From Thermomonas sp. (GTDB taxonomy: Bacteria > Pseudomonadota > Gammaproteobacteria > Xanthomonadales > Xanthomonadaceae), in contig DAOOCX010000002.1 of assembly GCA_035408605.1 (NCBI GenBank), positions 1,294-51,740 on the forward strand: a DNA stretch of 50,447 nucleotides, in the 5' to 3' direction. Made by a program: the position numbers and the translations under genes. Below the pieces are notes generated by a model. It made no database searches. It saw only the letters and a program-made list of their open reading frames with translations, and had not been told where the DNA came from. Shown here piece by piece: positions 13,323-24,442 of this stretch. Numbering within the stretch: the first letter of the stretch is position 1; each line of letters opens with the position of its first letter.

Positions 13323-14201
13323 ATGGATGCAGCGGTCCCGACACCCTTCCAGCGTTACCAGCCGTGGCGACGCAGTGTCGAAATCGGGTTCTGGGTCGTC
13401 TCCTACCTGTTGAGTGCGATCGGCAACAGCGTGACCACCAACATGGACGTGAGCCGGCTGGCGCTTGGCTTCGCCAGCTGGCAGCCGGTGGCCTGGGAGA
13501 GCAGCAGCGCGATCGCCGCACTGGCCTTGGTGCCGGCCGTGGCCTGGTTCACCAGGCGCTGCCCGCTCCACCTCGACACCTGGCGGCGGATGCTGCCTGC
13601 GCACCTGCTTGCCAGCGTCGTCTGGTCCGCGCTGCACGTGATCGCCATGGTCGCGATCCGCAAGGCGGTCTACGCCACCCAGGGGCAACACTACGATTTC
13701 GGCACGTGGTGGTGGGAGTTCGGCTACGAATACCTCAAGGACATCCGCTCCTATGCCGGCGTGGTGGCGACCATCGAGGTCTACCGCTTCGTGCTGCGGC
13801 GCTGGCAGGGCGAGGCCAGTCTGCTCGACGTGCCGGACGATGGCCCGCCGGTGGAATCGGTGGACCGTCCCGAGCGTTTCCTGGTGCGCAAGCTGGGTCG
13901 CGAATTCCTGGTGGCCGCCAACGACATCGAATGGATGCAGGCCTCCGGCAATTACGTGAACCTGCGCATGCGTGGCCACGATTACCCGTTGCGCAGCACG
14001 ATCGGCGGCATCGAGGGCAAGCTGGATCCGGAACGCTTCGTCCGCGTGCACCGGAGCTACATCGTCAACCTCGACCAGGTCGGATCGATCGAGCCGCTGG
14101 AGACCGGCGATGCGCGGGTCCACATGAAGGACGGCAGCAACCTGCCATGCAGCCGGACCTATCGCGGTGGGTTGCGGCAGCGGGTCGGCCTCGACGCGTG
14201 A
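13323..14201 (+). CDS. rpfD: Membrane-anchored LytTR family regulator (RpfD-like)
   Basis: About 4 N-terminal TM helices, C-terminal LytTR (ASGNYVNL, FVRVHRSYIVN, CSRTY); located in the rpf locus. The symbol rests on synteny. Confidence 0.75.
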   Translation: MDAAVPTPFQRYQPWRRSVEIGFWVVSYLLSAIGNSVTTNMDVSRLALGFASWQPVAWESSSAIAALALVPAVAWFTRRCPLHLDTWRRMLPAHLLASVVWSALHVIAMVAIRKAVYATQGQHYDFGTWWWEFGYEYLKDIRSYAGVVATIEVYRFVLRRWQGEASLLDVPDDGPPVESVDRPERFLVRKLGREFLVAANDIEWMQASGNYVNLRMRGHDYPLRSTIGGIEGKLDPERFVRVHRSYIVNLDQVGSIEPLETGDARVHMKDGSNLPCSRTYRGGLRQRVGLDA

Positions 14202-14264
14202 TCGCGGAACCCCGTTGGACATGGCCAGTCGTTGCATGATGGCGACCAACAGGGAGTCCACCGC

Positions 14265-17201
14265 ATGAAACGCCTGCTCTTGACCCTCGCCGCCGGTGTC
14301 GCCGCCATCGGCATCACCCTCGACAGCCCCGCGCAGCACGTGCGGCCGCAGCCGCAACCCGTGATCCCGGCATGGATCGAGGTCCCGGGTGCGGAGACGC
14401 CGGTGACTCTGGAACGGGCGGAGGTCGAGGTCGGCACCGCAGGCGGCCTCGCCCGCACCAGCGTAGTGCTCACCCTGCGCAATCCGAACGCCCGGATCCT
14501 GGAAGGCACCCTGCAATTCCCGTTGCAGCCGGGCCAGCAGGTGACGGCGTTCGCGCTGGATGTCGGCGGCGTGATGCGCGATGCGGTACCGGTGCCCAAG
14601 CAGCAGGGCAGGCAGGTGTTCGAGAGCATCGAGCGCCGCAATGTCGACCCTGCGCTGCTGGAGCAGACCGCCGGCAATCATTTCCGCCTGCGCGTGTATC
14701 CGCTGCCGGCGCGTGGCACGCGACAGGTGCGACTGGTGCTGGACGAACCGATGCGCCGCGATGGCGACGAGTGGCGGCTGGCCTTGCCCGCTGGACTGCT
14801 GTCGGCGGCCTCTGCGGTGTCCTTGCGCGTGCAGGACGCGGAGAAAGCGCCGATCCTCGACGGCACCTTCTCGCGCCCGCGATGGCGTCGCGATGGCGAT
14901 GGCCAGCGCACCGAATTGCAGCGTGGCGATGCTGGCTCGGTAGCCGGCCTTTCCCTGCGTTTCCCGACATCGACATCGGTGCGTGCATACGTCGGCGTGC
15001 AGGGCGATGCGCATTACGTGTTGGCCGAAATGCCGGTCGCGGCCACGTCGAAACCGCGCATCATCCCCAAGCACGTCGGGTTGCTTTGGGATGCATCGGC
15101 GTCCGGTCGCAAGCGCGACATTGCCGGGGAGCTGGAACTGCTGGATCGCTATTTCAAGGCGATGGGCGATGGCCGCGTCCGGCTCCGCGTGCTTCGCGAT
15201 CGCGGCACGGAGGCCGGGTCGTTCCCGGTGCGCGGCGGCGACTGGAGCGAGCTTCGCAAGGCGTTGTCGGCGGTGATCTACGACGGCGCCACCGACCTCG
15301 CCGATTGGCGTCCCACTCCCGGGATCGGCGAATACCTGCTGGTCAGCGATGGCCTGCAGAACTACGGCACGCAAGCGATACCGACGATCCAGGCGGGCCA
15401 GCGCCTGTACGCGTTGGCGAGCACCGCCGCCGATGCCACCCGCCTTGCGGCAATCGCAGAAGCACGAGATGGCCGCCTGGTGGCATGGCAGGGACGTGCC
15501 GGGATCGACGCCGCGGCCCGGGCGCTGTTGGTGGATGGCACGCATCTGGTCGCGCTGGAAGGCGAGGGTGTCGATCAACTGGTGGCGCAGTCGCGCTGGG
15601 TCGACGGCGACATCCTGCGCGTGGCCGGGCGCCTGCGTGAACCCAAGGGCCGGATCATCGCCAGCGTCGAAGATGCCAACGGGCGTCGCCGCATCGAGGT
15701 GCCGGTGGCGAGTGCCGGTATCGCCCATGCGCAAGTCCCGCAGGCGTGGGCCGCGTGGTCAGTCGCGCGGTTGTCCGGGGAGCCCGAACGCAACCGGGCC
15801 GCGATCACGCGATTGGGCACGGAATTTTCGCTGGTCACGGCGGGCACGTCGCTGCTGGTACTGGACGATCCGGCCGACTACGTCCGCTACGACATCCCGG
15901 CGCCGCCGGCATTGCAGGCGCAGGTGGTAACGATCCGGAGCCAGCAACACCGCGAGCGCGAGGCCTCGCGCAGCGAGCAGCTCGACGCATTGGCCACGGA
16001 ATTCGCGGGTCGCGTCGCCTGGTGGGAGCGCGCGTTTCCCAAGGGCGCGCGCGCTGTCGCACAACCCAGGAAGGCCGAGGCCGGCGCCGGCACGCTGGAC
16101 ACCGTGACGGTGACCGGATCGACGGTCCTTGGACGGAATGCGGCGGCTTCCATGGCGCCACCGCCCGCGCCGATCGCCGAAGCGCCGGCTGCGGATGCCA
16201 CGACACTCGATACCGTCACCGTCGCAGAATCCGGTGCCATCCATGCAATCGATGTTTCGTCCGACGAGAGCACCCGCATTGCCGGGAATGTCCAGGCCAC
16301 CATCCGCCTGCAACCCTGGGAACCGGACTCGCCGTATGCCCGCCGCCTGCGTGCCGCACCTGCCGACCAGCTCTATCCGCTGTACCTCGACGAACGCGAC
16401 AGCCATGCCGCCAGCACCGCGTTCTACCTGGACGTCGCCGACCTGCTGCTGCAACGCGAGCGCCGCGACGAAGCCCTGCGCGTGTTGTCCAACCTCGCCG
16501 AGCTGGAACTGGAGAACCGCCACGTCCTGCGCGTGCTGGGCTACCGGTTGATGCAGGCCAAGGCGTATCCGCTCGCGGTACAGGTCTTCCGCCAGGTGCT
16601 GGAGATGGCTGATGAGGAACCGCAGAGCCATCGCGACCTTGCGCTGGCGCTGGCGGCCGATGGCGAGCGGCAGGAGGCGATCCGCCATCTGTATGACGTT
16701 GCCACCCGCGAGTGGGATGGCCGCTTCGCGGAGATCGAACTGGTCGCATTGAACGAACTCAACCAGATCGTCGCCACTGCGCCCGCGCCGCTGGAGACCG
16801 GCTTCATCGACCCGCGCCTGCTGCGCAACCTGCCGCTGGACCTGCGCGTCGCGCTGTCGTGGGACAGCGACAACAGCGACATGGACCTGTGGGTGACCGA
16901 CCCGAACGGCGAGAAGTGCTTCTACGGCAATACGCTGACCTACCAGGGCGGGTTGATCTCGGAAGATTTCACCGGCGGCTACGGCCCGGAAGAATTCGTG
17001 CTGCGCGATGCCAAGCCGGGCAAGTACCGGGTGGAGGCGCACTACTTCGGCGACCGCCAGCAGGTGGTGACCGGAGCCACCACCCTGTCGCTCAGGCTCA
17101 GCACGGGCTGGGGAACGCGCCAGCAGCGCGACCAGGCCGTCACCTTGCGGCTGTCCGGCAAGGATGAGTCCGTGCTGGTCGGCGAATTCGAAGTCCGATG
17201 A
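14265..17201 (+). CDS. Exported VIT / vWA / TPR / DUF2135 (YfaP-like) protein
   Basis: Signal-peptide-like N-terminus, VIT (NPNARILEGTLQFPL), MIDAS DASAS..T..SDG, TPR helices, DMDLWVTDPNGE and GYGPEEF. Confidence 0.82.
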   Translation: MKRLLLTLAAGVAAIGITLDSPAQHVRPQPQPVIPAWIEVPGAETPVTLERAEVEVGTAGGLARTSVVLTLRNPNARILEGTLQFPLQPGQQVTAFALDVGGVMRDAVPVPKQQGRQVFESIERRNVDPALLEQTAGNHFRLRVYPLPARGTRQVRLVLDEPMRRDGDEWRLALPAGLLSAASAVSLRVQDAEKAPILDGTFSRPRWRRDGDGQRTELQRGDAGSVAGLSLRFPTSTSVRAYVGVQGDAHYVLAEMPVAATSKPRIIPKHVGLLWDASASGRKRDIAGELELLDRYFKAMGDGRVRLRVLRDRGTEAGSFPVRGGDWSELRKALSAVIYDGATDLADWRPTPGIGEYLLVSDGLQNYGTQAIPTIQAGQRLYALASTAADATRLAAIAEARDGRLVAWQGRAGIDAAARALLVDGTHLVALEGEGVDQLVAQSRWVDGDILRVAGRLREPKGRIIASVEDANGRRRIEVPVASAGIAHAQVPQAWAAWSVARLSGEPERNRAAITRLGTEFSLVTAGTSLLVLDDPADYVRYDIPAPPALQAQVVTIRSQQHREREASRSEQLDALATEFAGRVAWWERAFPKGARAVAQPRKAEAGAGTLDTVTVTGSTVLGRNAAASMAPPPAPIAEAPAADATTLDTVTVAESGAIHAIDVSSDESTRIAGNVQATIRLQPWEPDSPYARRLRAAPADQLYPLYLDERDSHAASTAFYLDVADLLLQRERRDEALRVLSNLAELELENRHVLRVLGYRLMQAKAYPLAVQVFRQVLEMADEEPQSHRDLALALAADGERQEAIRHLYDVATREWDGRFAEIELVALNELNQIVATAPAPLETGFIDPRLLRNLPLDLRVALSWDSDNSDMDLWVTDPNGEKCFYGNTLTYQGGLISEDFTGGYGPEEFVLRDAKPGKYRVEAHYFGDRQQVVTGATTLSLRLSTGWGTRQQRDQAVTLRLSGKDESVLVGEFEVR

Positions 17202-17231
17202 GCGGGCAGCAGCCGGGCCAGGTCGCCCGGC

Positions 17232-17240
17232 TGCTATGAT
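17232..17240 (+). promoter_or_regulatory. Putative extended -10 promoter of prfB-lysS
   Basis: TGC-TATGAT about 43 bp upstream of the prfB ATG. Confidence 0.45.
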
Positions 17241-17282
17241 TCACGGCCATTTTTCCGCCGCCTGCGCCTGCAGGGAATGCCA

Positions 17283-18411
17283 ATGATCGAGCTCAATCCC
17301 ATCCGAGCCCGCATCGCCGACCTGACCGGTCGGCTCGATGCGCTCCGGGGGTATCTTTGACTACGACGCCAAGCGTGAACGCCTGGAAGAAGTCGAACGC
17401 GAACTGGAAAACCCGGACATCTGGAACGACCCCGAACGCGCGCAGGCGCTGGGCAGGGAGCGTTCCATGCTGGACAAGACCGTCAACGGCATCCGCGACC
17501 TGAAGGACGGGTTGGGCGGGGCGGGCGAACTGCTCGAACTGGCCGAGATGGAGGACGACGAGGAAACCGCGCTGGCGGTGGTCGCCGACGTGGACCGCTT
17601 CGAGAAGGGCGTGGACCAGCTGGAATTCCAGCGCATGTTCTCCGGCAAGATGGATTCGGCGAACGCCTTCGTCGACATCCAGGCCGGTGCAGGCGGTACC
17701 GAAGCGCAGGACTGGGCCGAGATCCTGCTGCGCATGTACCTGCGTTGGGCCGAGAACCGGGGCTGGAAGACCGAGCTGATGGAAGTCAGCGGCGGCGACG
17801 TGGCCGGCATCAAGTCGGCGACGTTCCGGGTCGAGGGCGAATACGCCTACGGCTGGCTGAAGACCGAGATCGGCGTGCACCGGCTGGTGCGCAAGTCGCC
17901 GTTCGACTCCGACAACCGCCGCCACACCAGTTTCACCAGCGTATTCGTGTCGCCGGAAGTCGATGACGACATCGAGATCGACATCAATCCGGCCGACCTG
18001 CGCACCGATGTGTATCGCAGCTCCGGCGCCGGTGGCCAGCACGTCAACAAGACCGAGTCGGCGGTGCGCATCACCCACATCCCGACCAACACGGTCGTGG
18101 CCTGCCAGAACGGCCGCAGCCAGCACCAGAACCGCGATACTGCGATGAAGATGCTGGCGGCCAAGCTGTACGAACTCGAGGTCCAGAAGCGCAACGCCGA
18201 GAAGGACGCGCTGGAAGCGACCAAGTCCGACATCGGCTGGGGCAGCCAGATCCGCAACTACGTGCTGGACCAGAGCCGGATCAAGGACCTGCGCACCGGC
18301 GTGGAGCGCAGCGACACCCAGAAGGTGCTGGACGGCGACCTCGACGAATTCGTGGAAGCGAGCCTGAAGTCGGGGCTGGAGGCTGGGTCGAAACGGGTCG
18401 ATGCGGCCTGA
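17283..18411 (+). CDS. prfB: Peptide chain release factor 2, +1 programmed frameshift
   Basis: [25 protein letters not shown] then CTT-TGA-C at 17355-17361; the +1 frame carries SPF and GGQ. Confidence 0.98.
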
Positions 18412-18460
18412 CCGCATCCACCTTCCGCATCGCCCCCCGGATCCCATACGGCACGCCTCC

Positions 18461-19981
18461 ATGACCGACGAAACCCAGACGCCGCAAACCGACGAAAACC
18501 ACCTGATCGCCGAGCGCCGCGGCAAGCTTGCCGCGCTGCGCACGCAGGGCATCGCGTTCCCGAACGATGCGCGTCGCGCGGACTTCGCAGGCGACCTGCA
18601 GGCCGACTACGCCGACGTGGAGGCGTGGACCGCGGAGGCGCTGGAAGCGACCGGGCGCCGCGTCGCCATCGCCGGGCGCCTGCTGGCCAAGCGGGTGATG
18701 GGCAAGGCCGCGTTCGCCACCCTGCAGGACATGAGCGGCCGCATCCAGTTGTTCCTGCAATCGACCGCGCTGGGCGAGGCCTACGACGCCTTCAAGGGCT
18801 GGGACATCGGCGACATCGTCGCGGTCGAGGGTGGCGTGACCCGCACCCGCACCGGCGAGTTGTCGGTGAAGGTCGATGCCCTGCGCCTGCTGGTGAAGTC
18901 GCTGCGGCCGCTGCCGGACAAGTTCCATGGCCTGGCCGACGTCGAGCAGCGCTATCGCCAGCGCTACGTCGATTTGATCGTCAATCCCGAGGCGCGCGAC
19001 GTGTTCATCGCGCGCTCGCGGATCGTCGCGGCGATCCGTCGCTGGCTGGATGCGCGGCGCTTCCTCGAAGTGGAGACGCCGATGATGCATTACATCGTCG
19101 GCGGCGCCACCGCCAAGCCGTTCACCACCCACCACAACGCGCTGGACCTCGACCTGTTCCTGCGCGTGGCGCCGGAGCTCTACCTCAAGCGCCTGACCGT
19201 GGGCGGGCTGGAACGCGTCTACGAAATCAACCGCAACTTCCGCAACGAAGGCGTCAGTACCCGCCACAACCCGGAATTCACCATGCTCGAGTTGTACGAG
19301 GCCTACGCCACGTACATCGAGGTGATGGACCTCACCGAAGGCATGATCCGCGATGTCGCGCGCGAAGCGATGGCCACGACCGTGTTCGAGTGGGACGGCA
19401 ACCGCATCGACGTCGCCCCGGCGTTCCGACGCTGGAAGCTGGAAGAAGCGGTGCGCGAACTCAACCCGGAGATCTCGGTCGCCGACTGCCGTGACCGCGA
19501 CGCGTTGGCCGCGCATTGCGCGCGCCTGGGCGTGCACGTGAAGGCCGGCTATGGCTGGGGCAAGTTGCTGCTGGAGATCTTCGAGAAGACCGTCGAAGCG
19601 GGCCTGGTGCAACCGACTTTCATCACCCACTACCCGGTTGAAGTCAGCCCGTTGGCGCGGGAATCCGACAGCGAGCCCGGCATCACCGATCGCTTCGAGT
19701 TGTTCATCGGCGGCAAGGAACTGGCGAACGGCTTCTCCGAGCTCAATGACCCGGAGGACCAAGCCGCGCGTTTCCGCGCCCAGGTCGAGGCCAAGGACAG
19801 CGGCGACGACGAGGCCATGCATTTCGATGCCGACTACATCCGCGCGCTCGAGGTCGGCCTGCCGCCGACGGGCGGCCTTGGCGTAGGCATCGACCGGCTG
19901 GTGATGTTGCTCACCGGGTCGTCCTCGATCCGGGACGTGCTGCTGTTCCCGTACATGCGCCCGGAGCATGCAACGGGCTGA
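18461..19981 (+). CDS. lysS: Lysine--tRNA ligase
   Basis: [29 protein letters not shown]. Confidence 0.98.
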   Translation: MTDETQTPQTDENHLIAERRGKLAALRTQGIAFPNDARRADFAGDLQADYADVEAWTAEALEATGRRVAIAGRLLAKRVMGKAAFATLQDMSGRIQLFLQSTALGEAYDAFKGWDIGDIVAVEGGVTRTRTGELSVKVDALRLLVKSLRPLPDKFHGLADVEQRYRQRYVDLIVNPEARDVFIARSRIVAAIRRWLDARRFLEVETPMMHYIVGGATAKPFTTHHNALDLDLFLRVAPELYLKRLTVGGLERVYEINRNFRNEGVSTRHNPEFTMLELYEAYATYIEVMDLTEGMIRDVAREAMATTVFEWDGNRIDVAPAFRRWKLEEAVRELNPEISVADCRDRDALAAHCARLGVHVKAGYGWGKLLLEIFEKTVEAGLVQPTFITHYPVEVSPLARESDSEPGITDRFELFIGGKELANGFSELNDPEDQAARFRAQVEAKDSGDDEAMHFDADYIRALEVGLPPTGGLGVGIDRLVMLLTGSSSIRDVLLFPYMRPEHATG

Positions 19982-20147
19982 TGGGGATGGCTGGCCTGCG
20001 GCGCCGGTTGGCCGCGTTGTCACTTTCGGTATCGGGGTGTGACGCAGTGCGTCACCCTCCGCGGGATCCCCTTGCCAAGTGCCCTGCATTGCGCAGAGGA
20101 TGCCGTGACCGCGTAATCCCCTCATTCCCCCGTGACAGGAGCGGCGC

Positions 20148-21206
20148 ATGGACATAGTCATCGTCGACGACCAGCCTTCCGCACGGACGATGCTGCGGCA
20201 CATCGTGCAGGACATCGGGCCGCAGCTCGACGTACACGATTTCGGCGAGCCCGATGCGGCGCTGGAGTGGTGCAACGAGAACCGCCCCGACCTGCTTCTG
20301 CTGGACTACCGCATGCCCGGCATGGACGGGCTGGAGCTGGCGAAGGCCTTCCGCAGGCCGCTGCGCAACCGCGACGTGCCGATCGTGCTGGTCACCGTGG
20401 TCGGCGACGAGCCGGTTCGCCAGGCCGCGCTGGATGCCGGTGTGATCGATTTCCTGGTCAAGCCGATCCGCCCGCGCGAACTGCGGGCGCGGTGCCGCAA
20501 CCTGTTGCAGCTGCGCCAGCAGTCGGAGTCGGTGAAACAGCGTGCGCTGTCGCTGGAGCAACGCCTGCTGGCGAGCATGCACGAAGTCGAGGAGCGCGAG
20601 CGCGAGACCCTGTCGCGGCTGGCCCGCGCGATCGAGTTCCGTGATGCCGGCACCAGCGCCTACCTGGAACGCATGGCCCACGTGGCCGGCCTGGTCGCGG
20701 AAGCGATCGGCCTGCCGGAAGAACAGGCGCGCACCATCGAACTGGCCGCTCCGCTGCATGACATCGGCAAGATCGCGATCCCGGACTCGGTGCTGATGAA
20801 GCCCGGCCCGCTGGACGATGCCGAGCGCCGGCGCATGCAGGAACATCCGAGCATCGGCTACCAGCTGCTGCAGGACAGCCAGAACCGCTTCATCCAGGTG
20901 GGCGCCAAGATCGCGTTGCACCACCACGAGCGCTACGACGGCACCGGTTACCCGCTGGGACTGGCGGGCGAGGAGATCCCGATCGAGGCGCGCGTGGTCA
21001 CCGTCGCGGACGTCTTCGATGCGCTGATTTCGCGGCGGCCCTACAAGGACGCGTGGCCGATCGAGCGCGCGCTCGAGTTCATCGAGGGACAGAGCGGCAA
21101 GATGCTCGATCCCGTTTGCGTGCGGGCGTTGCTGGACAACCTGCCGCGCCTGCACGACATCTGCGAGCGCTATTCGCAAGTGGTGCCGCAGCCGGGCATC
21201 CACTGA
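20148..21206 (+). CDS. rpfG: HD-GYP response regulator RpfG (c-di-GMP phosphodiesterase)
   Basis: REC domain (DYRMP), LHDIGK and HHERYDGTGYP; adjacent to rpfC/rpfF. Confidence 0.93.
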   Translation: MDIVIVDDQPSARTMLRHIVQDIGPQLDVHDFGEPDAALEWCNENRPDLLLLDYRMPGMDGLELAKAFRRPLRNRDVPIVLVTVVGDEPVRQAALDAGVIDFLVKPIRPRELRARCRNLLQLRQQSESVKQRALSLEQRLLASMHEVEERERETLSRLARAIEFRDAGTSAYLERMAHVAGLVAEAIGLPEEQARTIELAAPLHDIGKIAIPDSVLMKPGPLDDAERRRMQEHPSIGYQLLQDSQNRFIQVGAKIALHHHERYDGTGYPLGLAGEEIPIEARVVTVADVFDALISRRPYKDAWPIERALEFIEGQSGKMLDPVCVRALLDNLPRLHDICERYSQVVPQPGIH

Positions 21207-21209
21207 CCC

Positions 21210-23387
21210 ATGGACGGGGCCGCGCGCCGGATGCTGTCCCGCCTGCGCGGCCGCCAGGACAGCGAGCACGCGCAGGTCTTCGTCCGCATCGTCATCACCA
21301 CACTCTTCGCGGCCTACCTGGGCTGGGAGGTCAGCGGCGGCGATGGCAATCGCGCCCTGTTCCTGACCTGGTGGATCCTGCTCGGCGAGTGGCTGCTGTC
21401 GGTGGTCCTGCTGGCGGCCATCGTGGCCTCGCCGGGACCATCGGACCTGCGGCGCTGGATCGGCATGCTGGCCGACTACGCCGCGATGGGCGGGGTCATG
21501 CACCTGCAGGGCGAGACCGCCGCGCCGCTGTACGCGGTGTTCCTCTGGGTGACCATCGGCAATGGCATGCGCTACGGGCCGGGCTACCTGTTCCGCGCCA
21601 CCGCCCTGGCCGGCCTGTCCTTCGGCGCGATGATGCAGGCCACGCCGTACTGGCAGGAAAACCCGTACCTGTCGTGGGGCCTGCTGATGGGCCTGGTGGC
21701 GGTGCCGCTGTACTTCGCCTCGCTGCTCAAGGCGTTGACCGCCGCGATCGAGGATGCACGCCGCGCGAACCAGGCCAAGAGCCGATTCCTGGCCAACATG
21801 AGCCACGAGTTCCGCACGCCCTTGAACGGGTTGTCGGGCACGTCCGAACTGCTGGCCAGCACGCGCCTGGACAACGAGCAACGCGGTTACCTTGAAACCA
21901 TCCAGGCTGCGACGCGCTCGTTGCTGTCGCTGGTCGAGGACGTGCTGGACATCTCCGCGATCGAGGCCGGCAAGCTCAAGCTGAAGCTGGAGGCATTCGA
22001 CCTGCGCGAGCTGGTCGAGCAGATCGACCTGCTGTTGCGTCCCGATGCGCGCGCGCGCCATCTCGACTACGTGGTGGCGGTCGCGCCCGACGTGCCAGTC
22101 GCCTTGCGCGGCGATGAAGGCCATCTGCGCCAGGTGCTGGTCAACCTGCTCAGCAACGCACTCAAGTTCACACCGTCCGGCGAGGTACGCCTGGCCATCG
22201 AAGCGGCGAGCCCCGCGGTCGACGGCCGCCAGCGCCTGCGGTTCACCGTGTCGGATACCGGCATCGGCATCCCGGCATCGGCACGGGCCAAGTTGTTCGA
22301 GGCCTTCGAACAGGCCGACAACAGCCTGTCGCGCCGGCATGCCGGCACCGGCCTTGGCACCACCATCGCCAAGGGCCTGACCGAGGCGATGGGCGGCGCG
22401 ATCGGATTCGAGAGCAGCGAGAACATCGGCAGTCGCTTCTGGGTGGAATTGCCGTTCGAGTTGCAGGGGGTGGATGCGGCACCGGCGGTGCCTGTACGGG
22501 AGCCGGCAACGCTGGTCCCCGCGCCAGTCCAGGGCGAGGGCGGCAACGTCATTGCCTTCGCCGATCCCTTCCTGCGCCATCGCGCACGGGTCAAGCCGAT
22601 GCGCGTCCTGATCGCCGACGACCATGCCGCCAACCGGATGGTGCTGCAGGGGGTGTTGCAGAAGGCAGGGCACCGGGTGATGGCGGTGGAGGACGGCGAG
22701 GAAGCACTGGATGCGCTGGCGGTCGGCGACTTCGAACTGGCCGTGGTCGACCTGCACATGCCGTCGCTGAGCGGGATCGACATGCTGCGCCAGCTGCGGG
22801 TCATGGAGGCGGGTGGGCAGGCACGGACGCCGGTGGTGGTGCTCAGCGCCGATGCGACCCCGGAAGCGGTCCAAGCCTGCAAGGACGCCGGCGCGCGCGC
22901 CTTCATCGCCAAGCCGTTCGCGGTGGCGAAACTGCTGGACGGGATCGCCGAGATCGCATTGGGCGGATCGATTGGAACACCAGTGGACATCCCGCGCGAC
23001 AACGTGGCTGCGAACAACGACGACATCCTGGATGCCTCGGTGCTGGACGAGTTCCTGGCGATCGGCATGGGCCCTGCGTTCGAGGCCAATTTCATCGGCC
23101 AGTGCGTGGCGGATGCCAGGATGATCCTGACGCGGATGCGCCGGTCGGGTGAAGCAGCCGACTGGGAACAAGTCCACGAGCAGGCGCATGCGATGAAGGG
23201 CGTGGCCGGCAACCTGGGCCTGTTGCAACTTGCCGCCCTTGCCGGGCAAGTCATGCGGATGACCGGCTTCGAACTGGCGCGCGACTGGCGCCGGCACTGC
23301 GACACGCTGGGCGAGCGCCTGCGCCGTGGTGAACTGGCGCTGGCGGCGCGCGGGAACTGGCATCCCGCGCGCGAGGACAGTCAGTAG
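21210..23387 (+). CDS. rpfC: DSF hybrid sensor kinase RpfC
   Basis: About 5 TM input helices, [15 protein letters not shown], HATPase, REC (DLHMP), HPt (AHAMKG); start could be 21231. Confidence 0.93.
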   Translation: MDGAARRMLSRLRGRQDSEHAQVFVRIVITTLFAAYLGWEVSGGDGNRALFLTWWILLGEWLLSVVLLAAIVASPGPSDLRRWIGMLADYAAMGGVMHLQGETAAPLYAVFLWVTIGNGMRYGPGYLFRATALAGLSFGAMMQATPYWQENPYLSWGLLMGLVAVPLYFASLLKALTAAIEDARRANQAKSRFLANMSHEFRTPLNGLSGTSELLASTRLDNEQRGYLETIQAATRSLLSLVEDVLDISAIEAGKLKLKLEAFDLRELVEQIDLLLRPDARARHLDYVVAVAPDVPVALRGDEGHLRQVLVNLLSNALKFTPSGEVRLAIEAASPAVDGRQRLRFTVSDTGIGIPASARAKLFEAFEQADNSLSRRHAGTGLGTTIAKGLTEAMGGAIGFESSENIGSRFWVELPFELQGVDAAPAVPVREPATLVPAPVQGEGGNVIAFADPFLRHRARVKPMRVLIADDHAANRMVLQGVLQKAGHRVMAVEDGEEALDALAVGDFELAVVDLHMPSLSGIDMLRQLRVMEAGGQARTPVVVLSADATPEAVQACKDAGARAFIAKPFAVAKLLDGIAEIALGGSIGTPVDIPRDNVAANNDDILDASVLDEFLAIGMGPAFEANFIGQCVADARMILTRMRRSGEAADWEQVHEQAHAMKGVAGNLGLLQLAALAGQVMRMTGFELARDWRRHCDTLGERLRRGELALAARGNWHPAREDSQ

Positions 23388-23390
23388 CGA

Positions 23391-24278
23391 TCAGGCGGTG
23401 GCGGCATCCAGGTGGCCGTGGCGCTTGTACTGCGCGCGCACCAGCCGCTCCATCGTGCGCAGCGACTTCTCGCCGAGTTGCAGGGCTGTGTCCACCCAGA
23501 CTTCGGTGATCGCCATCATCTCTTCCAGGGTGACCGGCTGCGCCATCGCCCGCACGCGGTGCATCGCCGCGCGCGCATGCGGGATGCGGCGATTGGCCCG
23601 GATCACGTCCTCGACGGCCTGCACGCCCTGGCCACGCGGCACCAGCACGTCGACCAGGCCCATCTTGAAGAGCTCTTCGCTGGAATGGATCTGGCCCGAG
23701 AGCATCAGCTTCTCCGCCTGGTGCGGGGCGATGCGCTTGCACAGGAACGAGTACGCACCCATGCCCGGGAACAGGTCGAACAGGACCTCAGGCAGGCCCA
23801 TGCCCACGCCTTCCTCGGCGACGATGGTATGGCAGCTCAACGCGGCCTCGAATCCACCGCCCAGCGCGTCGCCCTGGACCAGCGCGATGCTGTGCGCGCC
23901 CGCATCCAGCCCGGTGTGGAAGGCATGTACGCCGCGCACGCACTGGCGCGCGTAGGTCAGCAGCGCGTGGCGGTCCTGCCGGCGGATCGAATCGCAGAAA
24001 TATTCCAGGTCGCCGCCCAGGTTGAAGGCATCGCAATCGGACGCCAGCACCACGTGCTGGAGGGTGCCGGCCTCGTTGCCGCGCGTGCGGCGCATCCGGT
24101 CGCCGAGCGTCCACTGGTACTGGATGATCTCGTTGACCAGGTTCGGCTTGAAACAGGCGCGGCCGGGGTTGTCCACCAGGTCGGCGTGCATGTGGCACCA
24201 ATGGGTGCCGTCGGCGCTCTCGACGACGCGCAGGGCGGAGTAACGGGAAACGGGGGTGAGTTTTTCCAGGATGGCCAT
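23391..24278 (-). CDS. rpfF: DSF synthase RpfF (crotonase family)
   Basis: FNLGGDL, ALGGGFEAALS, LPEVLFDLFPGMGAYS with both catalytic Glu. Confidence 0.95.
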   Translation of the reverse strand: MAILEKLTPVSRYSALRVVESADGTHWCHMHADLVDNPGRACFKPNLVNEIIQYQWTLGDRMRRTRGNEAGTLQHVVLASDCDAFNLGGDLEYFCDSIRRQDRHALLTYARQCVRGVHAFHTGLDAGAHSIALVQGDALGGGFEAALSCHTIVAEEGVGMGLPEVLFDLFPGMGAYSFLCKRIAPHQAEKLMLSGQIHSSEELFKMGLVDVLVPRGQGVQAVEDVIRANRRIPHARAAMHRVRAMAQPVTLEEMMAITEVWVDTALQLGEKSLRTMERLVRAQYKRHGHLDAATA

Positions 24279-24385
24279 GATCGCTCCGGACGGTTGCCGT
24301 CGGCCCGGGCCAGCCGGCGGGGCAGGGGGAATGTCAAGAGTTGACCCGTCCGGCCTCTATGCGCCGAAAAACGTCGAAGTGCAAC

Positions 24386-24415
24386 AAAAAAAGCCCCGGG
24401 CGTGGCACCGGGGCT
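24386..24415 (-). terminator. Intrinsic terminator after rpfB
   Basis: AGCCCCGG/CCGGGGCT stem followed by a T-run on the minus strand. Confidence 0.8.
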
Positions 24416-24442
24416 CCGATTCGTGACGGCGGGCGGCTTGTG

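Noticed and set aside
17338-17360. prfB start at 17338, or prfB as a pseudogene
   Set aside because: Explained by the conserved programmed +1 frameshift from the ATG at 17283
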